This document shows positions 46,719-54,893 of a stretch of 64,000 nucleotides of DNA, one piece after another. The position numbers and the translations under genes are program-made. The first letter of the stretch is position 1; each line of letters opens with the position of its first letter. The stretch lies in contig JAIQFK010000011.1 of the NCBI GenBank assembly GCA_020073305.1, positions 91,547 to 155,546 on the forward strand. The letters are read 5' to 3'. The DNA comes from Terriglobia bacterium. GTDB lineage: Bacteria > Acidobacteriota > Terriglobia > Bryobacterales > Bryobacteraceae. The notes beneath the pieces are model-generated. The model was not told the DNA's origin, ran no database searches, and worked only from the letters and a program-made list of their open reading frames with translations.

Positions 46719-48392
46719 TCAGCGGACCTTGGGAGTCTCGACGATCATACCCATGCCGTCGAGCAGGGTCCAGACGGCGCGCTGGTAACTAATGAGCGCT
46801 CTTTGATAACCGGTGTAGGCCTGCAGCAGGGAACCTTCCACGGTGGCCAGGCGTGACTGGGCATCGAGAACCTCGAAGGCGGTGATGCTACCCAGTTCGT
46901 ATTTCTGCTGTTCGGCCTCAACGTTCTTTTGCGCGAGATCGCGCGCGATCTTGGCGGCGTCGATCTGCGCGGCGCTCATCTCCAGTTGATTGGTGGCGTT
47001 CTTGACGTCCTGAATGATCTGCTGCTCGAGCTGGCGCTGCTGATATTCGTCCCGGGCCTTGCCGACGAGGGCGTCGGCCAGGCTGGCCTGCGCGGCGCTG
47101 CTGCGTATGGGCAGCGTCATCTGCACGGCAAAGCCGTAGCTGGGAGCCTGAAACGCGAACATCTGGTGCAACGCGTCGCCGAGGCCACCGGGGATGAAGG
47201 TGGAGGGCCCGGTGCCGAGCGGCCCTGACACGGGGATCTGATTGCCGCCCAGACCGAACGCGCCGCCGATGGCGCTCAGGTCGAAGCGCGGCAGCATGGA
47301 ATCGCGCGCCACGCGCGCATTCAACTCATTAATACCTTGATGCCGGCGGATGGCGCTGAGCTCCGGACGCTTCTGGAGCGCCGCAGCCACTCCTTCCTCA
47401 ACCGGCACAACCGGAATGAGCGTGGGCGCCGGATCATCTTCCAGGACGATCTCGATATTGCGCGTGACCGGGTTGAGATCGGCCCCAATCAAACGGCGCA
47501 AGCCATCCAGGGCGTCGCGGTACTCGTATTGCGCCTGGATCACTCCGACCTTGCGCTGCGCGACTTGAGATTGCGACTGGAAGATGTCGAGAGCGGGTAA
47601 CGCGCCGAGGTCGAGCGCCAGCTTGTCGCGCTCGTAGGATTTCTGCGCCAGATCGTAGGCCTGTTGCTGGACTTTGATATTGTCGCGCGACTGGATGGCA
47701 TCCCAATATTGGCGCGCGGCGTTGGCTACGAGATCGGCAATGCGCGCTTCGCTTTGTTCGGAGGTAATGAGCAACTGGGTGCGAGCGATCATCAAGGGCG
47801 CGCGAAGCTGCAGATTGGCGCGACCCTGCAACAGCGGCTGGGTAATCGAGAAGTTCAGGCCCGTGGAGATGTTGGGATTGAAGTAGACGAACTGGTTATT
47901 GGTTGAAGTGCGGAAGGCGTTGAACCCGAGGTTCACGGTCTGGCCGGACGAGAGCGTCTGCTGGAAGTTGAGCGTGGAATTTTGCGTGAGCGTGTTGAGC
48001 TGGCTTGCCCCGCCGATCTGGCTGGATTGCGGTTGCAGCGCGCGGGTGCTGTTGAACGAGGTTGAGAGGTTCGGGTCGAAGGGGGCTTTCGCGCTCAGGA
48101 TAGCGTCGGCGGCGCTCCAGACGTCGAGGCGCGTGAGATTGATTTCGGTGTTGTTCTTCAGCACCAGCGCGATAAAATCCTTCAGCCGGAGGTACAGCTT
48201 GCCGGCTTGAACGCGATCCGGGATCCCCTGGACGTCATGCACCTGGACGTCGGGGCCGCGGAAACGGTCGGTGACAAAGTGGGGCAGAATAACGGGCAAC
48301 GCCAGCGGAGCCATAGCGAAGAACAGAACCACGCCCGGAAGCCGGCGGCGCCATAGTTTACTCATAACGCAGCGCCTCAATGGGATCGACAC
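46719..48392 (-). CDS. TolC-family outer-membrane efflux protein
   Basis: 557 aa with a signal segment and two internal repeats of the coiled-coil/beta pattern typical of OMF proteins (e.g. LTRLDVWSAADAILSAKAPFDP, ALDIFQSQSQVAQRKV, FEVLDAQSRLATVEGSLLQAYTGY). Confidence 0.85.
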   Translation of the reverse strand: MSIPLRRCVMSKLWRRRLPGVVLFFAMAPLALPVILPHFVTDRFRGPDVQVHDVQGIPDRVQAGKLYLRLKDFIALVLKNNTEINLTRLDVWSAADAILSAKAPFDPNLSTSFNSTRALQPQSSQIGGASQLNTLTQNSTLNFQQTLSSGQTVNLGFNAFRTSTNNQFVYFNPNISTGLNFSITQPLLQGRANLQLRAPLMIARTQLLITSEQSEARIADLVANAARQYWDAIQSRDNIKVQQQAYDLAQKSYERDKLALDLGALPALDIFQSQSQVAQRKVGVIQAQYEYRDALDGLRRLIGADLNPVTRNIEIVLEDDPAPTLIPVVPVEEGVAAALQKRPELSAIRRHQGINELNARVARDSMLPRFDLSAIGGAFGLGGNQIPVSGPLGTGPSTFIPGGLGDALHQMFAFQAPSYGFAVQMTLPIRSSAAQASLADALVGKARDEYQQRQLEQQIIQDVKNATNQLEMSAAQIDAAKIARDLAQKNVEAEQQKYELGSITAFEVLDAQSRLATVEGSLLQAYTGYQRALISYQRAVWTLLDGMGMIVETPKVR

Positions 48393-49647
48393 GCGAAGCC
48401 TTCATGGCTGGGTAGATGCCGAAGACTACACCCACCGCCATGGACACGCCGAAAGCGATGACGATTGAAGACGGGGTCACGATCGTCTTCCATTCCGCGG
48501 TGCGCGCGATCAGCCAGGAAAGAAAATAGCCGAAGGCAATACCCAGGACCCCTCCGCAGACGGAGATGAGGACAGACTCGGTCAGGAACTGGCGCACGAT
48601 GTCGTTGCGACGCGCTCCGGTGGCGCGCCGAACGCCGATCTCGCGGGTGCGCTCGAGCACGGTGGCGAGAACGATGTTCATGATGCCGATGCCGCCAACC
48701 AGCAGGGAAATGGCGGCGATGGCGACCATCACGTAGGTGAAGATGGTCTGCGTGCGCTGCTGCTGTTCCAGCAAGTCAGCGGGGACGATCACACTGAAGT
48801 CCGGAATATTGTGATGCGTGGAGTTCAGGATGGCCGTGGCCACCTTGGCGGTTTCGATGCTATCGGCGCCCGGCTTGAGGCGGAGGTCGATGCCGTCCAG
48901 ATCGTCCTTAAGAAAACTGTTGTCCCAGAAGCGGTACTGATAGGTGCTCAACGGGATGTAGATGGCGTTGTTGCGGTCTTGTCCCTGCGCCGCGGAACTG
49001 GCGGAACTGGAATTCAACTGGCGCGCCAGCACGCCGATCACCTGGACCCAGGTGTCGTTCACCTTGATGTACTTGCCAACCGCGGGACCGTAACCCAGCA
49101 GCTCGACTTTGGTCTTTTCCCCGAGAACGCACACCGGCGCGCTGGCCTCGTCCTGCTGCGCATCGAAGAAACTGCCTTCCACGGTTTCCAGATTGTGGAT
49201 GGCGGCGTACGAAGGGCGGACGCCAATCAGATCCGGAGGATCGTGCGGCGGCTTGGGCAGCATCCGCGCGGGCCGCAGCGACTTGCTCGGCGAGATCAGC
49301 TCCAGCGCGTCGATATTAGCCTGGAGGATGCGCACATCGCGCTCGGTCAAGCCCGGGGAGGAGCGCCGGCGGACCTGCAACTCCTGAAAATCGGTGGCGG
49401 AACGGGACTGCACCAGCAGATTGCGGACGCCCAGCTCTTCGATGAAACGCAACGATTCCTGGCGCGCGCCCGCGCCGATCGCCAGCATGCCGATGACGGC
49501 CCCTACGCCGAAGACCATGCCGAGTCCGGTGAGCGCGGTGCGGATTTTCTGCGCGAGCAGGTTTTCCGCGGCCAGCGGCAGGTCCGAAAGGTACCGCGAG
49601 AAACCGCGCGTGCGGCTGGCGATGGAGACCACGGAGGGCGTCTTCAT
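48358..49647 (-). CDS. MacB/FtsX-type ABC transporter permease (no fused ATPase)
   Basis: N-terminal TM plus a MacB periplasmic core domain. The C-terminal FtsX region carries ERTREIGVRRATGARRNDIVRQFL. There is no Walker motif anywhere in the 429 aa. Confidence 0.88.
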   Translation of the reverse strand: MKTPSVVSIASRTRGFSRYLSDLPLAAENLLAQKIRTALTGLGMVFGVGAVIGMLAIGAGARQESLRFIEELGVRNLLVQSRSATDFQELQVRRRSSPGLTERDVRILQANIDALELISPSKSLRPARMLPKPPHDPPDLIGVRPSYAAIHNLETVEGSFFDAQQDEASAPVCVLGEKTKVELLGYGPAVGKYIKVNDTWVQVIGVLARQLNSSSASSAAQGQDRNNAIYIPLSTYQYRFWDNSFLKDDLDGIDLRLKPGADSIETAKVATAILNSTHHNIPDFSVIVPADLLEQQQRTQTIFTYVMVAIAAISLLVGGIGIMNIVLATVLERTREIGVRRATGARRNDIVRQFLTESVLISVCGGVLGIAFGYFLSWLIARTAEWKTIVTPSSIVIAFGVSMAVGVVFGIYPAMKASRVDPIEALRYE

Positions 49648-51005
49648 TTAGGAAGGGCCTGCAGCGCGCCGCCGGCGCCGGCTTTCTTCTCGGATTGCAG
49701 GTCCGGGCTGGCGAGCGCGACGATCTGGCCCTCAGAAACGCCGGTGATGACGGCCTGGCTTTCACCGCGGCGGACCAGCTTCACGTCGGCCGGCGCAAAT
49801 CCGGAGCCGGACTTCACGTACACGAAGGTGCGCCCATCGCTCTCGAATACCGCCTGTCCAGGCACCCAAAGCACGTTGTGCAAAACCTCCGCGTTGACGA
49901 CGACGTTGGCGTTCATTCCAGGCCGCAGCGCAGGCGAGGGGTCGTCGAGCGCGATCTTGCACTCGAAATGGCGGTCCCAGGGAGGGCCGGTGGTGCCGCC
50001 CAGATCCTTGATGTGGCCGTGGAACTTCTGGAAGGGCAGGGCGACGATCGCGACATCCACCTTCTCGTCAGTCGCCAGGTGGCCGCGATCCAGCTCGCCG
50101 ATGTTGGCGCCCAGTTCCCAGCTTTTCAGATCGGGGATCTCGGCGATCACCATTCCGCCGCTGACGCGATCCCCCACGCGGAACGGCGGCAGCGACATTC
50201 CGCGATAGCCGAAGTTGGTGTTGGGGTTCTGCCGGACAGCCACGTACCCGGAGCGATGGGCCTTGATGGTCATGGCGTCGATGTTCTTCCGCGCGGTGGC
50301 GCCTTGCACCTCGGCTTTCTTGCGCGCAGCCTCCTGGATGGCGATACCGGCCTGATTGGTGGCCTGGTAGTTGGCCGTGTCCGTTTCGAGCTGCGCCAAG
50401 CGGTCCTTGGCGGCCTGCAAGGCCAGATCGTTCTGCTTGGCGGCGATGGCCGAGAGCAAACGGTTCTTGCGGCAATCCAGCTCCGCCTGCCGGACATCGG
50501 CCTTGGCCTTCAGCAGAGCATAGTTGTTCTCTTCCTGTTGGGCCTCGCCATCGGCTTGGGCCTTGATCACCTGCTGCTCGGCTTCAGCCAGGTCGGCCTC
50601 GGCTTCTTTCAGCTTGTAGGCCTGGTCGGTGGTGTCGAGCTCGACGACGACGTCGCCCTCCTTCACCACATCTCCAGCTTTGCGGAGGAAGGTGATGTGC
50701 ATCTCGCCCTCGCCCGTCATGGGCCCAGCGAGGTCTTCGGAGTTGCCGCCGCGCAACTCTCCTTTGGCGGTAACGGTGAGAGCCACGTCGGCGCGCTTCA
50801 CGCGCGTGGTGGGCACTGCCGCCACCTTCGCAGCCGTGAGCGAGCGATACAGCCGGAGGCCGCCCCAGGCCAGAGCCGCCATGAGCAGTACAAAAACAAG
50901 CCACGGGAACATGCGGCGGAGAGGGTGGCGCCGCCGGCGGAGCCCCACAACCGGCGCCGGTTCGGGTCGCGGATGGGTCGGAGATGGAATCGCCGGAACG
51001 CTCAT
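49644..51005 (-). CDS. HlyD/MacA-family periplasmic adaptor (membrane fusion protein) 3
   Basis: TM anchor, a lipoyl-like hairpin (VKEGDVVVELD), a long Ala/Gln-rich coiled coil, and a beta-barrel domain (IKAHRSGYV...GMNANVVV). It overlaps both neighbours by 4 nt. Confidence 0.85.
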   Translation of the reverse strand: MSVPAIPSPTHPRPEPAPVVGLRRRRHPLRRMFPWLVFVLLMAALAWGGLRLYRSLTAAKVAAVPTTRVKRADVALTVTAKGELRGGNSEDLAGPMTGEGEMHITFLRKAGDVVKEGDVVVELDTTDQAYKLKEAEADLAEAEQQVIKAQADGEAQQEENNYALLKAKADVRQAELDCRKNRLLSAIAAKQNDLALQAAKDRLAQLETDTANYQATNQAGIAIQEAARKKAEVQGATARKNIDAMTIKAHRSGYVAVRQNPNTNFGYRGMSLPPFRVGDRVSGGMVIAEIPDLKSWELGANIGELDRGHLATDEKVDVAIVALPFQKFHGHIKDLGGTTGPPWDRHFECKIALDDPSPALRPGMNANVVVNAEVLHNVLWVPGQAVFESDGRTFVYVKSGSGFAPADVKLVRRGESQAVITGVSEGQIVALASPDLQSEKKAGAGGALQALPK

Positions 51006-52255
51006 GGCTGTTTCTTCTCCAGATCAAGCTCGGTCAAAGAGACGAGACTGTTCTCCGGGATGCCGCGCACGGCTACCTCGTCGGGGTTGCGCGCCACAAT
51101 CTCCACATTGACGGCGCGGTAGCTACCGTCCTTTTGGGCCGTGTAGACGACGGGCTTGCCGTCGCGCGTAAAGATGGCTTTGCCAGGAACGCTGATGGCG
51201 TTGGGGATTCGGGCGGTGATCACGTCCATGGTGCCGTTCATGTCCGGGCGCAGGCGCGGATCGGGCTTCTGGATCTCGGCATAAACGTGGAAGCTGCGGA
51301 CGGGCGGCCACTCACCGAAGGTGACCAGCGTGAGCGGCGAGACGGCAGACACCTGAGCGGGGATCGTCTGCTCCGGAAATGCGTCCACGTGCACGCGCAC
51401 ATCCTGGCCGGACACCACGCGGCCGCGATCCACTTCGTCCAGTCTTCCCTCCATGCGCAGCGTGGACAGATCGGGAATCACGGCAAGCGGCGCGCCAGAC
51501 CACGCATGATCGCCAACCTTGAACGGCTGGCGGTTCATCCAGCCCTGCGAGGTGTTCATCTGATAGACCACCACGCCTTCGATCGCGGCCTTGATTTCCA
51601 TTTCTCCCAGCCTCTCGTTGGCGAGATCCACTTCCGCCTGCGCTTTGTCGCGCTGCTGGGTGACGGAGGCGATCTTGGCGGTGTCGGATGCTTTGTGGAG
51701 GTTTACGGTTGCCTCCTGCACCTTGAGCTTCATCTCGGCGGACTGCAAATCGACCTTGCTCTCTTCTCCCTGGATGAGGCTCACGATGGCTTGCTTGGAG
51801 GCTTCGAGCCGGGCGCGCTCGACCTGGTAACGCGCATTGGCCAGATCGAGCTTGTCCTGTTCGGCGGTAATGCGCGCTTGTGCTACGGCCTGGTCGACGG
51901 TGGCCTGAGCCTGCTTCAGGACGGCGTTCTTTTCGTCCAGCTGCTGGCGGGCGCTCGACGGGTCGAAACGAACCACCGGCTCGCCGGCCTTTATGTGTCC
52001 GCCGGGCGGTGCGAGCCAGAGGATTTTCAGATCAGGCACATTAATCGGCGCGGTGATTTGCACGGAGCGCTTGACCGAGAGTTCTCCGCGGCAAACCACG
52101 ATGACGGCGAATTCACCTTTGCGGGCGCGAGCCGTGGGCGGATTGACCGCCGCCTGGACCTTGCGCATGCGATACACACCGCCGGTGACGGCAATGGCGA
52201 CGGCGACCACGGATACCGCGAGGATGATCCGCTTCGACCGCCGGGGTGACTTCAT
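51002..52255 (-). CDS. HlyD-family periplasmic adaptor 2
   Basis: TM anchor (IILAVSVVAVAIAV), IKAGEPVVRFD, a coiled coil, and IKAAIEGVV...RPDMNGTMDV. Confidence 0.85.
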   Translation of the reverse strand: MKSPRRSKRIILAVSVVAVAIAVTGGVYRMRKVQAAVNPPTARARKGEFAVIVVCRGELSVKRSVQITAPINVPDLKILWLAPPGGHIKAGEPVVRFDPSSARQQLDEKNAVLKQAQATVDQAVAQARITAEQDKLDLANARYQVERARLEASKQAIVSLIQGEESKVDLQSAEMKLKVQEATVNLHKASDTAKIASVTQQRDKAQAEVDLANERLGEMEIKAAIEGVVVYQMNTSQGWMNRQPFKVGDHAWSGAPLAVIPDLSTLRMEGRLDEVDRGRVVSGQDVRVHVDAFPEQTIPAQVSAVSPLTLVTFGEWPPVRSFHVYAEIQKPDPRLRPDMNGTMDVITARIPNAISVPGKAIFTRDGKPVVYTAQKDGSYRAVNVEIVARNPDEVAVRGIPENSLVSLTELDLEKKQP

Positions 52256-52256
52256 T

Positions 52257-53537
52257 TCAGCCTCTTTTTGCCTCTACGTGTTCTGCAGGTGGGTCCGGGA
52301 GATCCACCGGCGAGAGAATCTCGTCGCCGCGATCGAGACCTGAGGTGATTTCGATCCAGGTGTCGCTAAACGCGCCCACCTGAACGGCTCGCTCCTCCTC
52401 GCCGCCAGATCCGGAGATTCGCGTAACGTACGGTTTGCCTTGGCGATAGTGCACCGCGATCCTCGGCACCAGCAATGCCGGCTCCTTCGAGATCACTTCC
52501 AGGTCCACTGCCGCCGAGAGGTCGGGCAGCAAATGGGGATCTTGTTCGTCCATGCGGAACCGGGCCGGAAAAGTCCGGACAACGCTATCCAGAAGTGCAG
52601 TTGCAACCGGGCTCGCCGAATCCAAATGGGCTTTGAAAGTCAGCGCTGGGTACGCGTCCAGGCGGACGGTAGCCTGTGAACCCTGGTCTAGCACTGCGCC
52701 GTCCGGCTCGCCGACCGATACCTCCACTTCCATCGCGGAGGGGTCGAAAATGCGCAGAAGGGGCTGGCCGGGCCAGAGTTGATCGCCTTCCTGGGCTGGG
52801 CCGAAGGTATCGTTGTGCCAGGAGTTTTCGCGCGACACCATCCCGGGTAGCGGGGCCTTCACCAGGAGCTTCTCGGAATTGCTCTGGGCGCGCTCCCACG
52901 CCAGTTTCTGCCGGTCGCGCTGCAACTCGAGAATCTTGAGGTCGGCGGCTTCCGAGACGTCGTGAGAATGTCCGGAGCGCTTGAGGCTGGCGACGTGCGC
53001 CTGGGCATCCTCGAGCTTAGCCTGGTTTTTCAGCCGATCGATTTCACTCAGGATGGGCCCTTTGCGCAACTCCAACTCGGCTTTGGCCAGATCGGCCGTG
53101 GCCTGCTGCAGGTCGGCCGCGCGCTTTTCGGCATCGGCGCGGTGCTGTTCCTTGCGCTGATCCACCTGGTGGCGAAGGTCTTCAAACTTGGCCTGCGCTT
53201 CCCGCGCATTGTCCAGTTGCTTGGTCCGGTCAAATTCGGCCAGGACATCCCCCTCTTTCACCGACCCACCGGTGGGTACGAGTTTGGTCAACGTCATGTC
53301 GCCGCCCTGGCCGTGAATCTGCGGAACCCGAACGGTGAGCGCGTTGACGGCTTGCACGGTACCGTTCGATCGCACCAGCCGGTGCAAACGGTCGAACCGG
53401 ACTTTTATCTTTTTCAATGGGGTGTCCGACCGGGGAGGAATGGGGGCCGTCTTAGCCTCACACCCCATGAGAATGAGAGCTGCCGAAGCCACCGCAGCCC
53501 AAGCACAGCGTGTAACGTGCCGGTTCCGCCGCATCAC
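52257..53537 (-). CDS. HlyD-family periplasmic adaptor 1 (lipoprotein)
   Basis: Lipobox ALILMGC, VKEGDVLAEFD, a coiled coil, and VKAPLPGMV. This is the first gene of the efflux operon. Confidence 0.85.
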   Translation of the reverse strand: MMRRNRHVTRCAWAAVASAALILMGCEAKTAPIPPRSDTPLKKIKVRFDRLHRLVRSNGTVQAVNALTVRVPQIHGQGGDMTLTKLVPTGGSVKEGDVLAEFDRTKQLDNAREAQAKFEDLRHQVDQRKEQHRADAEKRAADLQQATADLAKAELELRKGPILSEIDRLKNQAKLEDAQAHVASLKRSGHSHDVSEAADLKILELQRDRQKLAWERAQSNSEKLLVKAPLPGMVSRENSWHNDTFGPAQEGDQLWPGQPLLRIFDPSAMEVEVSVGEPDGAVLDQGSQATVRLDAYPALTFKAHLDSASPVATALLDSVVRTFPARFRMDEQDPHLLPDLSAAVDLEVISKEPALLVPRIAVHYRQGKPYVTRISGSGGEEERAVQVGAFSDTWIEITSGLDRGDEILSPVDLPDPPAEHVEAKRG

Positions 53538-53692
53538 ATCCTTTGAAACAAGAGGGGTCTTAATATTAGACGCCAGACTCGTCTTGTTTGTTGGGTAGAC
53601 GAGGAGTTTCTCTTAAATAGTACAAGGTTTCGACTGAGGCGGGACACCAACCCTTCGTGGTGCTAGAGCCTTAAGACGCGATGGGGATTTCA

Positions 53693-53769
53693 TGGTGGGC
53701 GGTCGCGGGCTCGAACCGCGGACCTTCTGCTTGTAAGGCAGACGCTCTAACCAACTGAGCTAACCGCCC
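53693..53769 (-). tRNA. tRNA-Val (anticodon UAC), CCA encoded
   Basis: The reverse complement reads GGGCGGTTAGCTCAGTTGGTTAGAGCGTCTGCCTTACAAGCAGAAGGTCCGCGGTTCGAGCCCGCGACCGCCCACCA. It has a 7-bp acceptor stem, anticodon loop CUUACAA, T-loop GGTTCGAGCC, discriminator A and CCA. Confidence 0.93.
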
Positions 53770-53869
53770 GAACGCGTCGATTGATTGATTATAAAACACT
53801 TCCCAAAAACCCTTCACCTCTGAACTCTGCTCTTTTGGGCCAACTGTTGCGACACTGTACCAAAACCCC

Positions 53870-54236
53870 TCAGTTAGCGGTCTTAACCCGCTTGCGTTGC
53901 CGCAACCGAAGCCGAAGATACATCTCGATCTGGTCAGCGGTGTTCTGCGCCAGCCTTACTCCACCCAAAGTGAGCCTCAGATGCTTCCATGCAGTCACGT
54001 TTGCCACCTGCGTTTTTTCGGCGCGCATCAGCGGCTTGGAATAGTCCTCAAAAAAAATCCGTCCATGCATTGAATGTCAATTGTTCACCCTTACGCAACA
54101 GATCAAGGATGTTTTCGTCTCTGGCCTGGAGTCGCTCACGGAGTCTTTTTTGTGCTTCCTGCCAGTCCTCCGTCGATCTCGGCAAACAGGCTCCGTGGGC
54201 AAAACCCGCCCTATCATCAGCGCTGCGCGATCCGAG
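53870..54236 (-). pseudogene. N-terminal remnant of a tyrosine integrase (frameshifted, catalytic domain missing)
   Basis: My translation gives ...RSTEDWQEAQKRLRERLQARDENILDLLRKGEQLTFNAWTDFF. A 1-nt frame change in the A8 run (near 54050) then leads into EDYSKPLMRAEKTQVANVTAWKHLRLTLGGVRLAQNTADQIEMYLRLRLRQRKRVKTAN-stop. This matches the arm and core-binding (SAM-like) part of phage-type integrases. No R..HxxR..Y catalytic domain follows. Confidence 0.5.
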
Positions 54237-54275
54237 TCACCTATTCGAAGAACACCGCACGCGGACGGGGGCGTG

Positions 54276-54893
54276 CTACTTGCCGGATCCGCCGAGGCGC
54301 AGCAAGCCCTCCGCGGCACGCTTACCGCTCTCGGAATTGGGGTCGCTTGCCACGGTGCGTCTCCAGTATTCGCGGGCGGCATCGATTTTGCTTGAATTGG
54401 CATAGATAGCGCCCACGTTATAGAGTGCGTCCACATTCTTTGGATCGCTCGTCAGAATCCGATTGGTTTGTTCCAGCGCCCCGGCGACGTCGCCTGTGTC
54501 GTAAAGGTTTCGGCCCAGCTCCAGACGAGCTTCCGCATTTCCCGGCTCAACCTGGAGGATCTTGCGCAGCAGAGGGATGGCCTCCGCCGGCTTGCCGTTC
54601 TCGCGGGCCAGCTGCGCCAGGCGAAACAAAATGGGTACGTGATTGGGCTTCTTCTGCAGCTCGGCCTGGAGGGCCATAGCCTCATGCCGATTGTCTGCTG
54701 TTTTGTCGGCGACGGGCGGCCGCCCAGCATCGGCACTAGAGGCTTTCCCGGCGTCACTCGACGGAGCGTGTTTCACGAGCAGAAACCACGTCAGTCCGAG
54801 GAAAACGGCCACAGCTGCGACGGCGGCTACTAGAAGGCGTTGAACTCTGGGGTTGAGCGACACGATTTCACTTCTCCTGTCAGGCTTCGGCAA
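54276..54893 (-). CDS. membrane-anchored TPR protein, NrfG/CcmI (CcmH C-terminal)-like
   Basis: One TM helix (LLVAAVAAVAVFLGLTWFLLV), then about 4 TPRs (PILFRLAQLARENGKPAEAIPLLRKILQVEPGNAEA, ALEQTNRILTSDPKNVDA, AREYWRRTVASDPN). It is the last gene of the cytochrome operon and overlaps the upstream gene by 14 nt. Confidence 0.75.
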   Translation of the reverse strand: MPKPDRRSEIVSLNPRVQRLLVAAVAAVAVFLGLTWFLLVKHAPSSDAGKASSADAGRPPVADKTADNRHEAMALQAELQKKPNHVPILFRLAQLARENGKPAEAIPLLRKILQVEPGNAEARLELGRNLYDTGDVAGALEQTNRILTSDPKNVDALYNVGAIYANSSKIDAAREYWRRTVASDPNSESGKRAAEGLLRLGGSGK

